Below, in pieces: positions 7,396 through 16,589 of a DNA stretch of 64,000 nucleotides; position 1 is the stretch's first letter, and every line of letters starts with the position of its first letter. The stretch lies in the sequence record PV261925.1. The stretch is one strand, 5' to 3'. A program made the position numbers and the translations under genes. The notes under the pieces were generated by a model that made no database searches, was not told where the DNA came from, and was given only the letters and a program-made list of their open reading frames with translations.

Positions 7396-8384
7396 ATCTT
7401 TTTCCAGGTTGTAAATTTGAGTTTTGCTTGTAAACCACTATATGTGTTTGATTCTACTATCTCTTGAACTTTATGTCCAGATAGAACCATGTCATTTATG
7501 TCTTTGTCTCTGATGGTGGAGGGCCAGATGACAACTCGTTCTCCCCGTTCAATACATCGTTCAATTCGAGCAACAATTTCTTTATTACGGGGTTCATTAT
7601 CGTATACAAAAACTTTGTCGCTTCCTTCAAGATCACTAACTTCACCATCACTACCACACAAAGCCACACTATTGTTGATGAAAGTGCTGTCGAAGGGTCC
7701 TTCGACCACATAGACTGGTAGTTTCTTATCGATTGTGTCAATCCCGTAAACTTTGGGTGCATCGTCGTCCAACATGATGGTTAAGTATTTAATAGGGTTT
7801 GTAGACAGTGCTCTACCCTGCACACCTATCAGTTTGTTATCCCTGACAAGAGGTATCACAATCCTCTGTTCACCATACTTTGGGTTATCAAATGACCCTG
7901 GTTTGATACTATTGACAAACGACTGAAAGTTCTCGGCATAGTAATACTCACCCTTGAAGATTGCTCTATCCATGAGGTATCTCTTAGAAATACCTACACT
8001 GAATGCATCAGGTAAATCAATCTTAATCTTTTCTTTGAAGACGGGTTTAGATGTCTCTAACTTCTTAAAGATGTCTTCTGGATTTTCTGTCTGAAAATTC
8101 TTACCACTCTTCCCATCCTTAAACTTTTCGAACACATACTCCTTGTGTGTCTCTGGGTCAAGTTCCTTCAAGAAACTATTGAAGGAAATACTGATACCAC
8201 AATTGTGACACTTGTAGTTGGTATTGTTCTTTACGCGATACAGATACCCTCGTGCCTTATTCTTCTGCTTCTGACTGTCACCACAGATAGGACAACGGAA
8301 GTTGTACAGATGTGGTTTTACCTTTTTGAACTTTGGTAGTCGTGAGGAAATCAGATTGATGTACTTTACATCAATAAAATCCAT
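7392..8384 (-). CDS. gp61: DNA primase (T4 gp61-like)
   Basis: Zn-binding CPICGDS...CHNC, TOPRIM VEGPFDS, DNEPRN, KDINDM. Confidence 0.95.
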   Translation of the reverse strand: MDFIDVKYINLISSRLPKFKKVKPHLYNFRCPICGDSQKQKNKARGYLYRVKNNTNYKCHNCGISISFNSFLKELDPETHKEYVFEKFKDGKSGKNFQTENPEDIFKKLETSKPVFKEKIKIDLPDAFSVGISKRYLMDRAIFKGEYYYAENFQSFVNSIKPGSFDNPKYGEQRIVIPLVRDNKLIGVQGRALSTNPIKYLTIMLDDDAPKVYGIDTIDKKLPVYVVEGPFDSTFINNSVALCGSDGEVSDLEGSDKVFVYDNEPRNKEIVARIERCIERGERVVIWPSTIRDKDINDMVLSGHKVQEIVESNTYSGLQAKLKFTTWKKI

Positions 8385-8385
8385 A

Positions 8386-8769
8386 TCACCTAGTATAACT
8401 CGTTTCTATTGTAGAGACTTCTGTGGGTCCTGTCAAGAGTTGTGGGAAGGCTGTCATGACCCTCATACCTATCGATAGGACAGCAAGACCACCTACAGCC
8501 ATCCAGACCCTCTTCTCTAGTCCACGTATTCGTTGCAATACGATGTCATGATCCCCGTCCATTTTATCACGGAGTTTGTCAATTTTAGCAAAGAGTACTG
8601 TGTCGATTTCTTCTTGTTTCGATATACGTTCTTCATGTACTGCAAGCATCCTACTTACAGTAGTATTTACTTCAGATAATTTTTCGATTGCTGCGTCGAT
8701 ACGGAGGACAATTGGTTTTAAGTCCTCTATCTTTTGTTCTAGTACTGCAATCTTAATTTGATTGTCCAT
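8386..8769 (-). CDS. coiled-coil protein with C-terminal transmembrane segment
   Basis: Heptad-rich body followed by VWMAVGGLAVLSIGM. Confidence 0.75.
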   Translation of the reverse strand: MDNQIKIAVLEQKIEDLKPIVLRIDAAIEKLSEVNTTVSRMLAVHEERISKQEEIDTVLFAKIDKLRDKMDGDHDIVLQRIRGLEKRVWMAVGGLAVLSIGMRVMTAFPQLLTGPTEVSTIETSYTR

Positions 8770-9061
8770 GGGGCTTAAAATATGGATTGAATTCCAACGC
8801 CTTTTTCTTAGCCTTCTTATCCTTTCTCTTCTGTTGCCTGTCCATCAGGTCTTTAATCGCCTTCTTCACATACTTATTACGACCATCTAATTTAAGGGTG
8901 GGATCATAACCAGCAGTAGGACCAGCAGCAGGGGAGGAGCCACTAAATCCACCAGATCCCCCAGGAGGATTTGCCACCATGCCTTCCTCATTGACACTGA
9001 ACTCATTATACATTGCTGTACGAAATGCATCTACAAACCTGTCAATCTTGTCCTTATCCAT
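8753..9061 (-). CDS. hypothetical protein
   Basis: 102-aa ORF in the coupled gene train; Gly/Pro linker and basic C-terminus. Confidence 0.7.
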   Translation of the reverse strand: MDKDKIDRFVDAFRTAMYNEFSVNEEGMVANPPGGSGGFSGSSPAAGPTAGYDPTLKLDGRNKYVKKAIKDLMDRQQKRKDKKAKKKALEFNPYFKPHGQSN

Positions 9062-9434
9062 TAGAAATACCTTTTAGAGCATCTAAGCATGTTTGATCTA
9101 ATTCAATATCATGTATGTAACTTTTTGGATAGTCTGGCAACTTATCCAAGAACACAACAAATGTTTTTATTGGAGACCACAAACTCTTATCGATTTTGTA
9201 GAACAACATTGGTGTTGTTGCGTCACCAAAAATATTATACAGAATGATGAAATGATTTATTAAAAGATGAACCTTTAAATCACCACTTGTCTTATACCGT
9301 TTAAGGAGTCTTTTGATGTATCTGAATCGACTCAGATCTTTATCAAAATCCTCCCTTGTAACGGCTTGGGGATTCTCATAATTTTTAATCGCGAAGATGA
9401 GGAAGTTCTCCTCATTCAATTCATTAAAAAGCAT
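9054..9434 (-). CDS. conserved T4-like hypothetical protein
   Basis: MLFNELNEENF...FAIKNY.NP...F.DL.RFRYIKRLL...NH.I.LYN.FG pattern, common in T4-like phages. Confidence 0.8.
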   Translation of the reverse strand: MLFNELNEENFLIFAIKNYENPQAVTREDFDKDLSRFRYIKRLLKRYKTSGDLKVHLLINHFIILYNIFGDATTPMLFYKIDKSLWSPIKTFVVFLDKLPDYPKSYIHDIELDQTCLDALKGISNG

Positions 9435-9437
9435 TTA

Positions 9438-9965
9438 TCATTCAGCAGTAGGGTAGTCAATACCACCAGTTGTAATACCAGACATAGCAACCAGAGTCTC
9501 TTTCTTGACTCTCAGATTACCAAGGTTGTCAAGATAGGTTGTAACACCAACCCAACCTTCATGAGTTACAGAGTACTCAGTGTTTGAGGTGATACCTTCA
9601 CCTTGAGTGTTTACACCATATACCAGTGAGTCAGGTGTACCATATGATGCTTCACTGTAAACAGAATTGAGTACAGATGACTTAGGAAGTTGAGATACGG
9701 TGAAGTTTGCACCAGCAATAGCTGCACCACTCAGACCCATGGTTGAACCGATGGTCAGTGATTCAGAGTTAGCGATACTTACAATAACAGCATCACCATA
9801 ATATGTGTTTCCACTACCTCTAGTACCAAAGCGAATTACATCACCCTCTGCACAACCACCATCAATACCAAATGATGTGCCAGAACCAGTGACAACTCCT
9901 GTAGAGTAGTTCAGGGAAACTGTACCTGCAGATCCCACATTGTCGTTGTTTCCCCAAAGTGCCAT
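9438..9965 (-). CDS. probable virion structural protein (start reassigned to MALWG)
   Basis: MALWG N-terminus and HEGWV...ETLVAM C-terminus; TATAAATA late promoter upstream. Confidence 0.7.
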   Translation of the reverse strand: MALWGNNDNVGSAGTVSLNYSTGVVTGSGTSFGIDGGCAEGDVIRFGTRGSGNTYYGDAVIVSIANSESLTIGSTMGLSGAAIAGANFTVSQLPKSSVLNSVYSEASYGTPDSLVYGVNTQGEGITSNTEYSVTHEGWVGVTTYLDNLGNLRVKKETLVAMSGITTGGIDYPTAE

Positions 9966-9999
9966 GTCTTGTGCCCTTGTAAAGTTACTTTCTTTCAAA

Positions 10000-10007
10000 T
10001 ATTTATA
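10000..10007 (-). promoter_or_regulatory. T4-type late promoter TATAAATA
   Basis: Perfect match 35 nt upstream of the ATG at 9965; gp55 is encoded in the window. Confidence 0.7.
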
Positions 10008-10033
10008 AAAAAATAGGAGACAAGAATGTCTCC
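10007..10033 (-). terminator. intrinsic terminator
   Basis: GGAGACA-TTCT-TGTCTCC followed by a TATTTTTT tract. Confidence 0.7.
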
Positions 10034-10039
10034 GTTATA

Positions 10040-10240
10040 TCATTCTTCTCTGGTTTTAATTGCCTTTGCAACTACCTCAAGAAGTTCATCATCCATATCT
10101 GTCTTAGTAAGTTTAACTGCTTTACCAAGAATTACCAAACAAACATCAATCAGTTTCTCACCCAGTTCTTCATTCTCAGGAATCTTTGCAACCGCATCAG
10201 AAATAATCTTTGATGCAAATGGAAGTAAAAATGATAGCAT
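10040..10240 (-). CDS. 66-aa hypothetical protein
   Basis: Amphipathic ORF ending in TxxDDxL, like small phage membrane-associated proteins. Confidence 0.75.
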   Translation of the reverse strand: MLSFLLPFASKIISDAVAKIPENEELGEKLIDVCLVILGKAVKLTKTDMDDELLEVVAKAIKTREE

Positions 10241-10271
10241 GGTGAATACCTAGTACTATCTTATATAGGAA

Positions 10272-11081
10272 TCAGTCTCTTGCTGAGGTATGTTTTGACA
10301 TAATTTTTGTTTCTCTTTCTTGAGCTTTAGTCCGACCGTACTTAGACTGAAGTTTATTACGGAAGGAACGTTGTGCTGCTTGACGATCACCCTCAGAAGG
10401 TTTTGATCCACGTTCTTGTTTAGGTTGACGTGACCCTGGATTTTCTTTGCGGAACTTGTCAACTATTCCCTTATACTTTCCTTCCTTTTCATACCCAGCA
10501 ACCTTCTTACCCTGTGCTTCTACTTCTGGATTTCTTTCTTCCTTGGCAAGTTTAGTTGCAGTAGCATACATTACAGACTTGGCATCATCACCATATCTCT
10601 TTTCAAAACCACCCTTGGACTTCTTCATGCCCTTTACAATTCTTTCTTTCTCCTCTTTCTCATCAGAAGAAAGGGTTCTTTCCTGAACTTGTGTTGGAGA
10701 CTGGGCACTCTTCTTTCTCTCCTTCGCAATCTTCATATCAGTCTTTGCAATATCGGCTTCTTTCTTAGCCCTTCTCATCATGAGTGCTTCAAGATTCTCT
10801 TCTACCTTACCAGGCTTTCTACCTTCTTTCTTGTCCTTCTCATCTTGCATACGTTTGAGATCTTCAGCACTTAACTTCTCGTCAAGTTCTGTGACTTCAA
10901 GAATTGTTGCACCAATCTCGTCGAATGCTTCTGTCATCTGTGGGTTGATGACGATCTTGTTCTTTACTTCTTTCGTATCAATCTTTCTCTCAGACTTCTT
11001 ATCAGTCTTTGGTTCTGAGGAAGGAACATCTACAACCTCTCTGAGATCCTCTCTCCAATTAGAAAATTTATTTCTCTTCAT
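10272..11081 (-). CDS. highly charged hypothetical protein, possible internal head protein
   Basis: K/E-rich low-complexity sequence, FSNWREDL N-terminus; CTAAATA at 11114-11120 upstream. Confidence 0.75.
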   Translation of the reverse strand: MKRNKFSNWREDLREVVDVPSSEPKTDKKSERKIDTKEVKNKIVINPQMTEAFDEIGATILEVTELDEKLSAEDLKRMQDEKDKKEGRKPGKVEENLEALMMRRAKKEADIAKTDMKIAKERKKSAQSPTQVQERTLSSDEKEEKERIVKGMKKSKGGFEKRYGDDAKSVMYATATKLAKEERNPEVEAQGKKVAGYEKEGKYKGIVDKFRKENPGSRQPKQERGSKPSEGDRQAAQRSFRNKLQSKYGRTKAQERETKIMSKHTSARD

Positions 11082-11090
11082 GTTACTAGA

Positions 11091-12389
11091 TTAGATACTC
11101 TTTTTCTTGTAGTTATTTAGAAATTCTCTGAAATTTGATTTAGGTCCTTTGTATGGCTTACCACCGTCTTGAAGGTTTGTCTTATCTCCCTTTTCAAATC
11201 CTGGTGTCATGTCAGCAACATGTTTGAAGTATCCTGTCGTGCCAGTCAGAGTGTTTGGTTTCTTAGGAAGTCTCATCTTACGATCCATCTTGACTTCATT
11301 ATACTCACGAAGATCACGAATCCAAGACTTGAACATGATATCTTCTTCGGTAACACAGATCAGATAATTAGTTCCTCTACGAACAATCTTACCGACCAAT
11401 CCAGTGTTTAAGTTTTCTACCAATTGATTAATCTTAAAGATCTTACCAGTCACATAGTTTTCACGAAGATTCTTCCAGTCAAACTTGGGAGCAATCTGCC
11501 AAAGTGACCAACCCTCCTCAACATTCATTGCCTTACGAACTGTAGTCATGATTGACTTAGCAGTTGCGTCGTCAATGTTATCAGGAACACCTGATCTGAA
11601 TGTATCAAAGTCACCTTCTGCTGCAGCCTTTCTCATCTTAGATGCAGACATACCAGCTACACCTTCTGCATCATCCTCTCTCTGACCTGCTGAAATAGTC
11701 TCAATCTCATCGAAATCATACAGGTCACCATTGTATTTCTGAGCCAGGTTGTCAAACTCACCAACTCTATCAGAACCTACAACGATCTTGATGTTTGAGT
11801 ATCCCTCACCTGAAGCAATCTTAAGTGCATCAAAGATAGTCTTCACACTCTCATCATTGATGATTGATTCCTCATGATCGGGGAACATCTTCTTCATCAA
11901 ATCAGTCTTCTGACCTGGTTCTAATGGATTCTTCTTGGGGTCATTTGATCTTGAAGGGTAGATTCTAAGATCACCATCACCAGCAACTTGAGCAGAAGCA
12001 TCAAGAAGTTTCTTATGACCAGTGGTAGGGGGATTAAATCTACCAAACACTAGTGTCAGTGTCTCACCAGTCTTATCTCCACCCGTTACTTCGTTTCCTT
12101 CTTCCTCTCCACCACTCTGTCTCTTGCCACCTTCTACTTCAGGTTGTGCAGTTCTCTTCTGTGTTTGCTGTTCTGGAGTTTTGTATTGTGCAGCCTTACC
12201 TGTCTCCTGTCTTTCTGCACCACCCTTTCTATCAGTGAATCTCAGTTCACCAGCTTCTGTTCTAGCAACAATATTACCAGCCTTATCAACCCAGTTTCCC
12301 TGACCATCACCAGTCAGACCAAGCTGCTTCGCCTTAGTGGAAGCCTTAGTCTGTCTTGCTTCAGAAAAGAAATTTAAGAAACTCTTCAT
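11091..12389 (-). CDS. cytidylyltransferase-like (HxGH) nucleotidyltransferase
   Basis: FGRFNPPTTGHKKL, KKNPL, VVGSDR, MSASKMRKAA; start at MKSFLNFFSE (or 12398). Confidence 0.85.
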   Translation of the reverse strand: MKSFLNFFSEARQTKASTKAKQLGLTGDGQGNWVDKAGNIVARTEAGELRFTDRKGGAERQETGKAAQYKTPEQQTQKRTAQPEVEGGKRQSGGEEEGNEVTGGDKTGETLTLVFGRFNPPTTGHKKLLDASAQVAGDGDLRIYPSRSNDPKKNPLEPGQKTDLMKKMFPDHEESIINDESVKTIFDALKIASGEGYSNIKIVVGSDRVGEFDNLAQKYNGDLYDFDEIETISAGQREDDAEGVAGMSASKMRKAAAEGDFDTFRSGVPDNIDDATAKSIMTTVRKAMNVEEGWSLWQIAPKFDWKNLRENYVTGKIFKINQLVENLNTGLVGKIVRRGTNYLICVTEEDIMFKSWIRDLREYNEVKMDRKMRLPKKPNTLTGTTGYFKHVADMTPGFEKGDKTNLQDGGKPYKGPKSNFREFLNNYKKKSI

Positions 12390-12416
12390 TTCTATCAATA
12401 CCTTATATTTTATTTA

Positions 12417-14480
12417 TTAGAAGAACCTGGTGTTCTTATTATACTTGGAAATAAATGACTTTCCATAAGAAGTGGACACTCTTTTGACTGTCTCATACTC
12501 CTCCTTGAAGACCTTACCAGCCTTCTTATCGTCAAGAATATCCTGATCGATAAGACCAAGTTCAATTAACTTTTTGTTGACAGCCTTTGGTTCTCTTGCT
12601 TCATTTCCTGCAGAAATAGCTTCTGCCCAACCATCCATATATCTCTGTCTATCTGCTGGTTTTGCATTAGCCATGGACTGTAGAAACCCACGGTATACAT
12701 TTTCCTGAAGTGCTACTGTTCTTCTACCTGATTTATCAGTGATACCTCTACTTAATCCTGTTGCTTTAAGTAATTGTTTACCAAGTTTCGACTTCATACC
12801 ATTTGCTTTCTTCTTATCCTTTGGATCGGTTGCAACTTTACGGAACTCGTCTCTTAGACTTGTGTATCTACCATCGTCTTCACCGAAGTGTTCTTGTAAG
12901 ATTTCTCTAGTAACTCCGTCACCAAGACCCTTACCACCCTCACCAAGAAGTGTCTTTACAAGTTGATCACCTACATCACCGATTTGGTTTTGTTTCTCAA
13001 ACAACTTCTCGATACCACCAAAATCTTCCTCTGATTTATCTTTATGAACATCAACTTCTCTCTCAAAGAAGTCTTTCATAGACATATCAACTTTCTTCTG
13101 GTTGATATTAGAGTTGATCAGGGTAAAGTTATCATCATTTTCTCTCTGTTCCCACTCTTCTTTACCTGGTGCACCACCATCTTTATTGTTAAAACCACGA
13201 ACGTGTTCTAAGTCCATGGCTTGAAGATCAAGAGGAAGACCAGTATATGCATCACGACCACCTTGTTCAAGGTAGATACGCCACATCAACTTTGCTCTAT
13301 CCTTATTATTAGCTGCACCTCGTCTTACTGTCCCATCTTCATTTCTACCAAGATAGTGCATGTCCTTATGTGCCTTATCATCTGACACATACTTATCATT
13401 GGTAACCTGACCCTTACCACTCAAAGATTTCTTGAATGCATCTGGAAGAATATCAAAGGAAGCATCGATAAACTCATCTGATACTTTGTTAGATCTTACC
13501 GAATCAACAAACTTTTTGATCTGTTCTGGTGATCCATCACCATATCCCTCCATCAAACGATCACGGTTTGCCATGAGGTTTTGAACATCGGCATATCCTA
13601 GGTTATTCTTACCTGCACCAGCATTCACTCTTCCTTCAAACGTCTTTGCATGAGCCATTGACTGAAGGAAGGATCTCTTGTCAGTTGCACTTGGAATAGT
13701 TGACAAAGATTCTTGGAACTTTGCGAACTTCTTCTCCATCATCTTTCTCTGACGATCAGCCAGAGTCTTCATCATGGTCTCAGCTTCTTTAGTGAACTCC
13801 TCATATTCACTATCAAATGCATCATCATCATTAGCATAATCAATCTCATCCTGAGTTTCTGCTACAGCATCATCAAGAGTTTTATAATCTTCAACATCTA
13901 TCTGTTCTGCCTCGGCATCATTCAGTGCCTGGATCTCGGCATTTCTCTTTTCTGCATCAGCTGCTGATTGTGCTTCAATATCAGCCAGTGCAGCAGCTTC
14001 TGCTTCTTTCTCCGTCTTTAATTGTGCAATGATATCTTGTGCTTGTTGTTTGATCTGATTCTTTCTACTTGGGCTCATGGCATCACCACGACCACGCATC
14101 AATCCTTTCTCTACTTCTTTTACATCACCATTCTCAACGGACGTAGAAGTAGGACCACCAGGAACAACTCTACCCATCTGGTCAGTAACAGATGCAGTGG
14201 CTTGTTGTTCTGGTTTTGGTGCGTCCTTTCTAAAATCAGAAAGGGTTTTTGGTTCTTGGGCTTGTTGTGGTTCTTGTGATTTAGGTTGTTCAGGTTGAGT
14301 CAGTTGAACAAGTTTAGTCTGTCCCTTCCCAACAACCTCACTCTTATGTGTGACCTGACCAGTCTTAGGATCTTTCCACTTTCCATAACCAGCATATTCC
14401 AGACCCATCTCACGGGCATCATCGGCTGCACCCTCCTTGAGGAAGGTGTCAGCCTTTTTCAGATATTTAAAAACGTCCAT
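12417..14480 (-). CDS. 687-aa protein with an HNH endonuclease motif
   Basis: QGGRDAYTGLPL...DLEHV...DNFTLINSNINQKK at about 13090-13280; otherwise coiled-coil and low-complexity. Confidence 0.7.
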   Translation of the reverse strand: MDVFKYLKKADTFLKEGAADDAREMGLEYAGYGKWKDPKTGQVTHKSEVVGKGQTKLVQLTQPEQPKSQEPQQAQEPKTLSDFRKDAPKPEQQATASVTDQMGRVVPGGPTSTSVENGDVKEVEKGLMRGRGDAMSPSRKNQIKQQAQDIIAQLKTEKEAEAAALADIEAQSAADAEKRNAEIQALNDAEAEQIDVEDYKTLDDAVAETQDEIDYANDDDAFDSEYEEFTKEAETMMKTLADRQRKMMEKKFAKFQESLSTIPSATDKRSFLQSMAHAKTFEGRVNAGAGKNNLGYADVQNLMANRDRLMEGYGDGSPEQIKKFVDSVRSNKVSDEFIDASFDILPDAFKKSLSGKGQVTNDKYVSDDKAHKDMHYLGRNEDGTVRRGAANNKDRAKLMWRIYLEQGGRDAYTGLPLDLQAMDLEHVRGFNNKDGGAPGKEEWEQRENDDNFTLINSNINQKKVDMSMKDFFEREVDVHKDKSEEDFGGIEKLFEKQNQIGDVGDQLVKTLLGEGGKGLGDGVTREILQEHFGEDDGRYTSLRDEFRKVATDPKDKKKANGMKSKLGKQLLKATGLSRGITDKSGRRTVALQENVYRGFLQSMANAKPADRQRYMDGWAEAISAGNEAREPKAVNKKLIELGLIDQDILDDKKAGKVFKEEYETVKRVSTSYGKSFISKYNKNTRFF

Positions 14481-14491
14481 CAGACCCTATA

Positions 14492-15709
14492 TCAGTCTTC
14501 CCAACTATTTACCTTCTCTTCAATCGCCTTCAGTTCAGCTTCAGAGAACTTAACTGATTCCTCAACACCTTTACCAGCCTTATACAGTGGTTTACCAGTC
14601 TTAACATTCTTCATACCAGCTTTGTAGTTCTGATATGCTTTGGTGTTACCCTTCTTGTCAGCCATGGTAACTTCATACTCCTCTTTCTTCGTCAGATTCG
14701 CTTTACGATACTCAAGGTCAGCACGAGTACCTCTATCCATCTTACCCTGAGACTTGGGTTTGGTCTTGCCACCTACATCAGGTTGCATACCAGGGTTTGC
14801 TGCCTTAACTCTGCGACCGTGAGTGTATTCAGCACCAGATTGCTTGGAGTCACCAGACACCATCTTGCCACCCTGTGAACGGGAGTCGGCATACTCTTTG
14901 TCGGACTGACCGTGTTTGCCCTTATAGACCTCTTCAACTTTCTCTTTCTTCTTACCCATTGCCTTACCAATGGCCTTACGGCGCTTCATCAGATACTCGT
15001 CTGAAGAATCCTCGTCACCATCATTATCTACATCACCATCTTCCTTACCTACGGGGTCAAGTTTCTTCTCATAGATAGATGCATATGCATCACCCCAACC
15101 CTTACGGATTTGTGATACTTCTTCGAAGTGTGGGTTCTTCATCTTAGAACCCATCTTCTCCATATCCTTACGAGCCTTCTCGTTGTTCTCCTGCCTCTTC
15201 TTCATATCTGTCTCCAGATATGACTTGTCAGCCTTCTCAACCAACTGAAGGAGAAGAGTCTTGACATTCAGTGACTCTTGTGCAACCAACTGACCATGAG
15301 TTCTTTGAACTCTTTTCTCTTGGTTGAATCTTGCTGACCAAGACTCCTGAAGTCTCTTATTATATCTGTACTTCCCAAACTCCTCTAGAGCAATTGTAGA
15401 TGCCTTAGAATCAATTACATCAAATGCTTTGTTCAGGGACTCACACAGTCTGTCAATCTTTGCCTGTCTACCAGCAATGCTCGACTCAACGAACATCTCA
15501 CTGAAGATTGTATGTGCAGAATCTACTGAGTAACCTTTCTGGAACATCTCTTCCAGAACACTCTCTACAATTTCATCAAGATCAGTGTCAGTCAAAGCAG
15601 AGAGATTCATCTCAGAGATCTCATCCCTTACAGAAGTCAATTCTTCTTTTGCTTCGGTGTTATGGACAGCAGCATATGCTTCCATAAAGTTACGCATTGA
15701 TGAAGACAT
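14492..15709 (-). CDS. charged modular hypothetical protein, possible internal head protein
   Basis: 405 aa with AYxxV/IY repeats and DGDVDNDGDEDSSD motif; ATAAATA at 15738-15744 upstream. Confidence 0.75.
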   Translation of the reverse strand: MSSSMRNFMEAYAAVHNTEAKEELTSVRDEISEMNLSALTDTDLDEIVESVLEEMFQKGYSVDSAHTIFSEMFVESSIAGRQAKIDRLCESLNKAFDVIDSKASTIALEEFGKYRYNKRLQESWSARFNQEKRVQRTHGQLVAQESLNVKTLLLQLVEKADKSYLETDMKKRQENNEKARKDMEKMGSKMKNPHFEEVSQIRKGWGDAYASIYEKKLDPVGKEDGDVDNDGDEDSSDEYLMKRRKAIGKAMGKKKEKVEEVYKGKHGQSDKEYADSRSQGGKMVSGDSKQSGAEYTHGRRVKAANPGMQPDVGGKTKPKSQGKMDRGTRADLEYRKANLTKKEEYEVTMADKKGNTKAYQNYKAGMKNVKTGKPLYKAGKGVEESVKFSEAELKAIEEKVNSWED

Positions 15710-15720
15710 CTTTTTACAAA

Positions 15721-15930
15721 TTACTTTTTCTTATCTTTATTTATGTCTTCGAGGTATTCTCTTTCGTTTTCATAGATCGAAGAGGGGTTCATATAAAGAT
15801 GAATCCCCTCTTGAATACCTGGTATCAACCACTCGTCTAGATTTTTACAATTGTCCCAATTGACTGGTTGAATACAATTCATCACTACCACAGACCAAAA
15901 GGCTGTGGCATAATTAATAAACGTTGTCAT
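15721..15930 (-). CDS. hypothetical protein with hydrophobic N-terminus
   Basis: Start reassigned to MTTFINY, giving an ATGA overlap with the upstream ORF. Confidence 0.7.
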   Translation of the reverse strand: MTTFINYATAFWSVVVMNCIQPVNWDNCKNLDEWLIPGIQEGIHLYMNPSSIYENEREYLEDINKDKKK

Positions 15931-16091
15931 AATTCCTGTTTCCAAACAAGTTGATGAGCCATTTTGTCCCTCAACCCATTGATACGTTTTTCATCAAAAT
16001 GAGCAAAGTTAGGATACTTCTCAACCTTTTTATAATAGTGAAGTGCATTGAGAATGATTGTGTAATCCTCCATGCTCAAATCAAACTTCAC
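15927..16091 (-). CDS. 54-aa hypothetical protein (not in the ORF track)
   Basis: GTG start: MKFDLSMEDYTIILNALHYYKKVEKYPNFAHFDEKRINGLRDKMAHQLVWKQEL*; 4-nt overlaps at both ends. Confidence 0.65.
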   Translation of the reverse strand: MKFDLSMEDYTIILNALHYYKKVEKYPNFAHFDEKRINGLRDKMAHQLVWKQEL

Positions 16092-16354
16092 AGTTTACCA
16101 CCAACAAAACCACTGTTTACAACTCTTGTGTATTGATCAAGAGTACCATCCTGTTCACACTGAAGATGCCATCTTGTCATGTAGACAACACCGTCTTTCT
16201 CTAGTCCTGTCAACATTTTACGACCTTCTTTGGTCATAGTACTGTAAAGACCAAAACGTGTCTTCCAAACATAAAATGTGTCATCAATAACTTCAGCATC
16301 TTCTGGAAGATCAAAAAATGCTTCAAGTTTGTTTACTGTAGATGTCTCAATCAT
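16088..16354 (-). CDS. hypothetical protein
   Basis: 88-aa ORF coupled to its neighbours. Confidence 0.7.
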   Translation of the reverse strand: MIETSTVNKLEAFFDLPEDAEVIDDTFYVWKTRFGLYSTMTKEGRKMLTGLEKDGVVYMTRWHLQCEQDGTLDQYTRVVNSGFVGGKL

Positions 16355-16589
16355 TAAACATACCTCTGTCTTTCATAAACTGTAGAGTCTCTTTCATATT
16401 TCCAATATGAGTATAACCCAATGCAACCTGGGGATAAGTTGCTTCTTTACCAAACTCAGACTCAAACGCACGTTGTGTGAAATGATTATTCAGTTGATAC
16501 TCCAGGATTTCAATCTGAAGATTCTTGAGGAGAGATGTGATTCTCTCACACTCCTGATTACCATTAGTGTAAACTACAGCCTTAGTCAC
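16347..16589 (-). CDS. glutaredoxin/thioredoxin-fold protein lacking CxxC
   Basis: AVVYTNGNQEC...ATYPQV...HIGNMKE matches the Grx TxPQV/IGG region; GTG start at 16589. Confidence 0.7.
   Translation of the reverse strand: MTKAVVYTNGNQECERITSLLKNLQIEILEYQLNNHFTQRAFESEFGKEATYPQVALGYTHIGNMKETLQFMKDRGMFND

Noticed and set aside
12417-14480. Cas9 or IscB interpretation of the HNH protein
   Set aside because: No RuvC I/II/III motifs, bridge helix, adjacent array or omega-RNA-like element is evident; only the HNH motif is supported.
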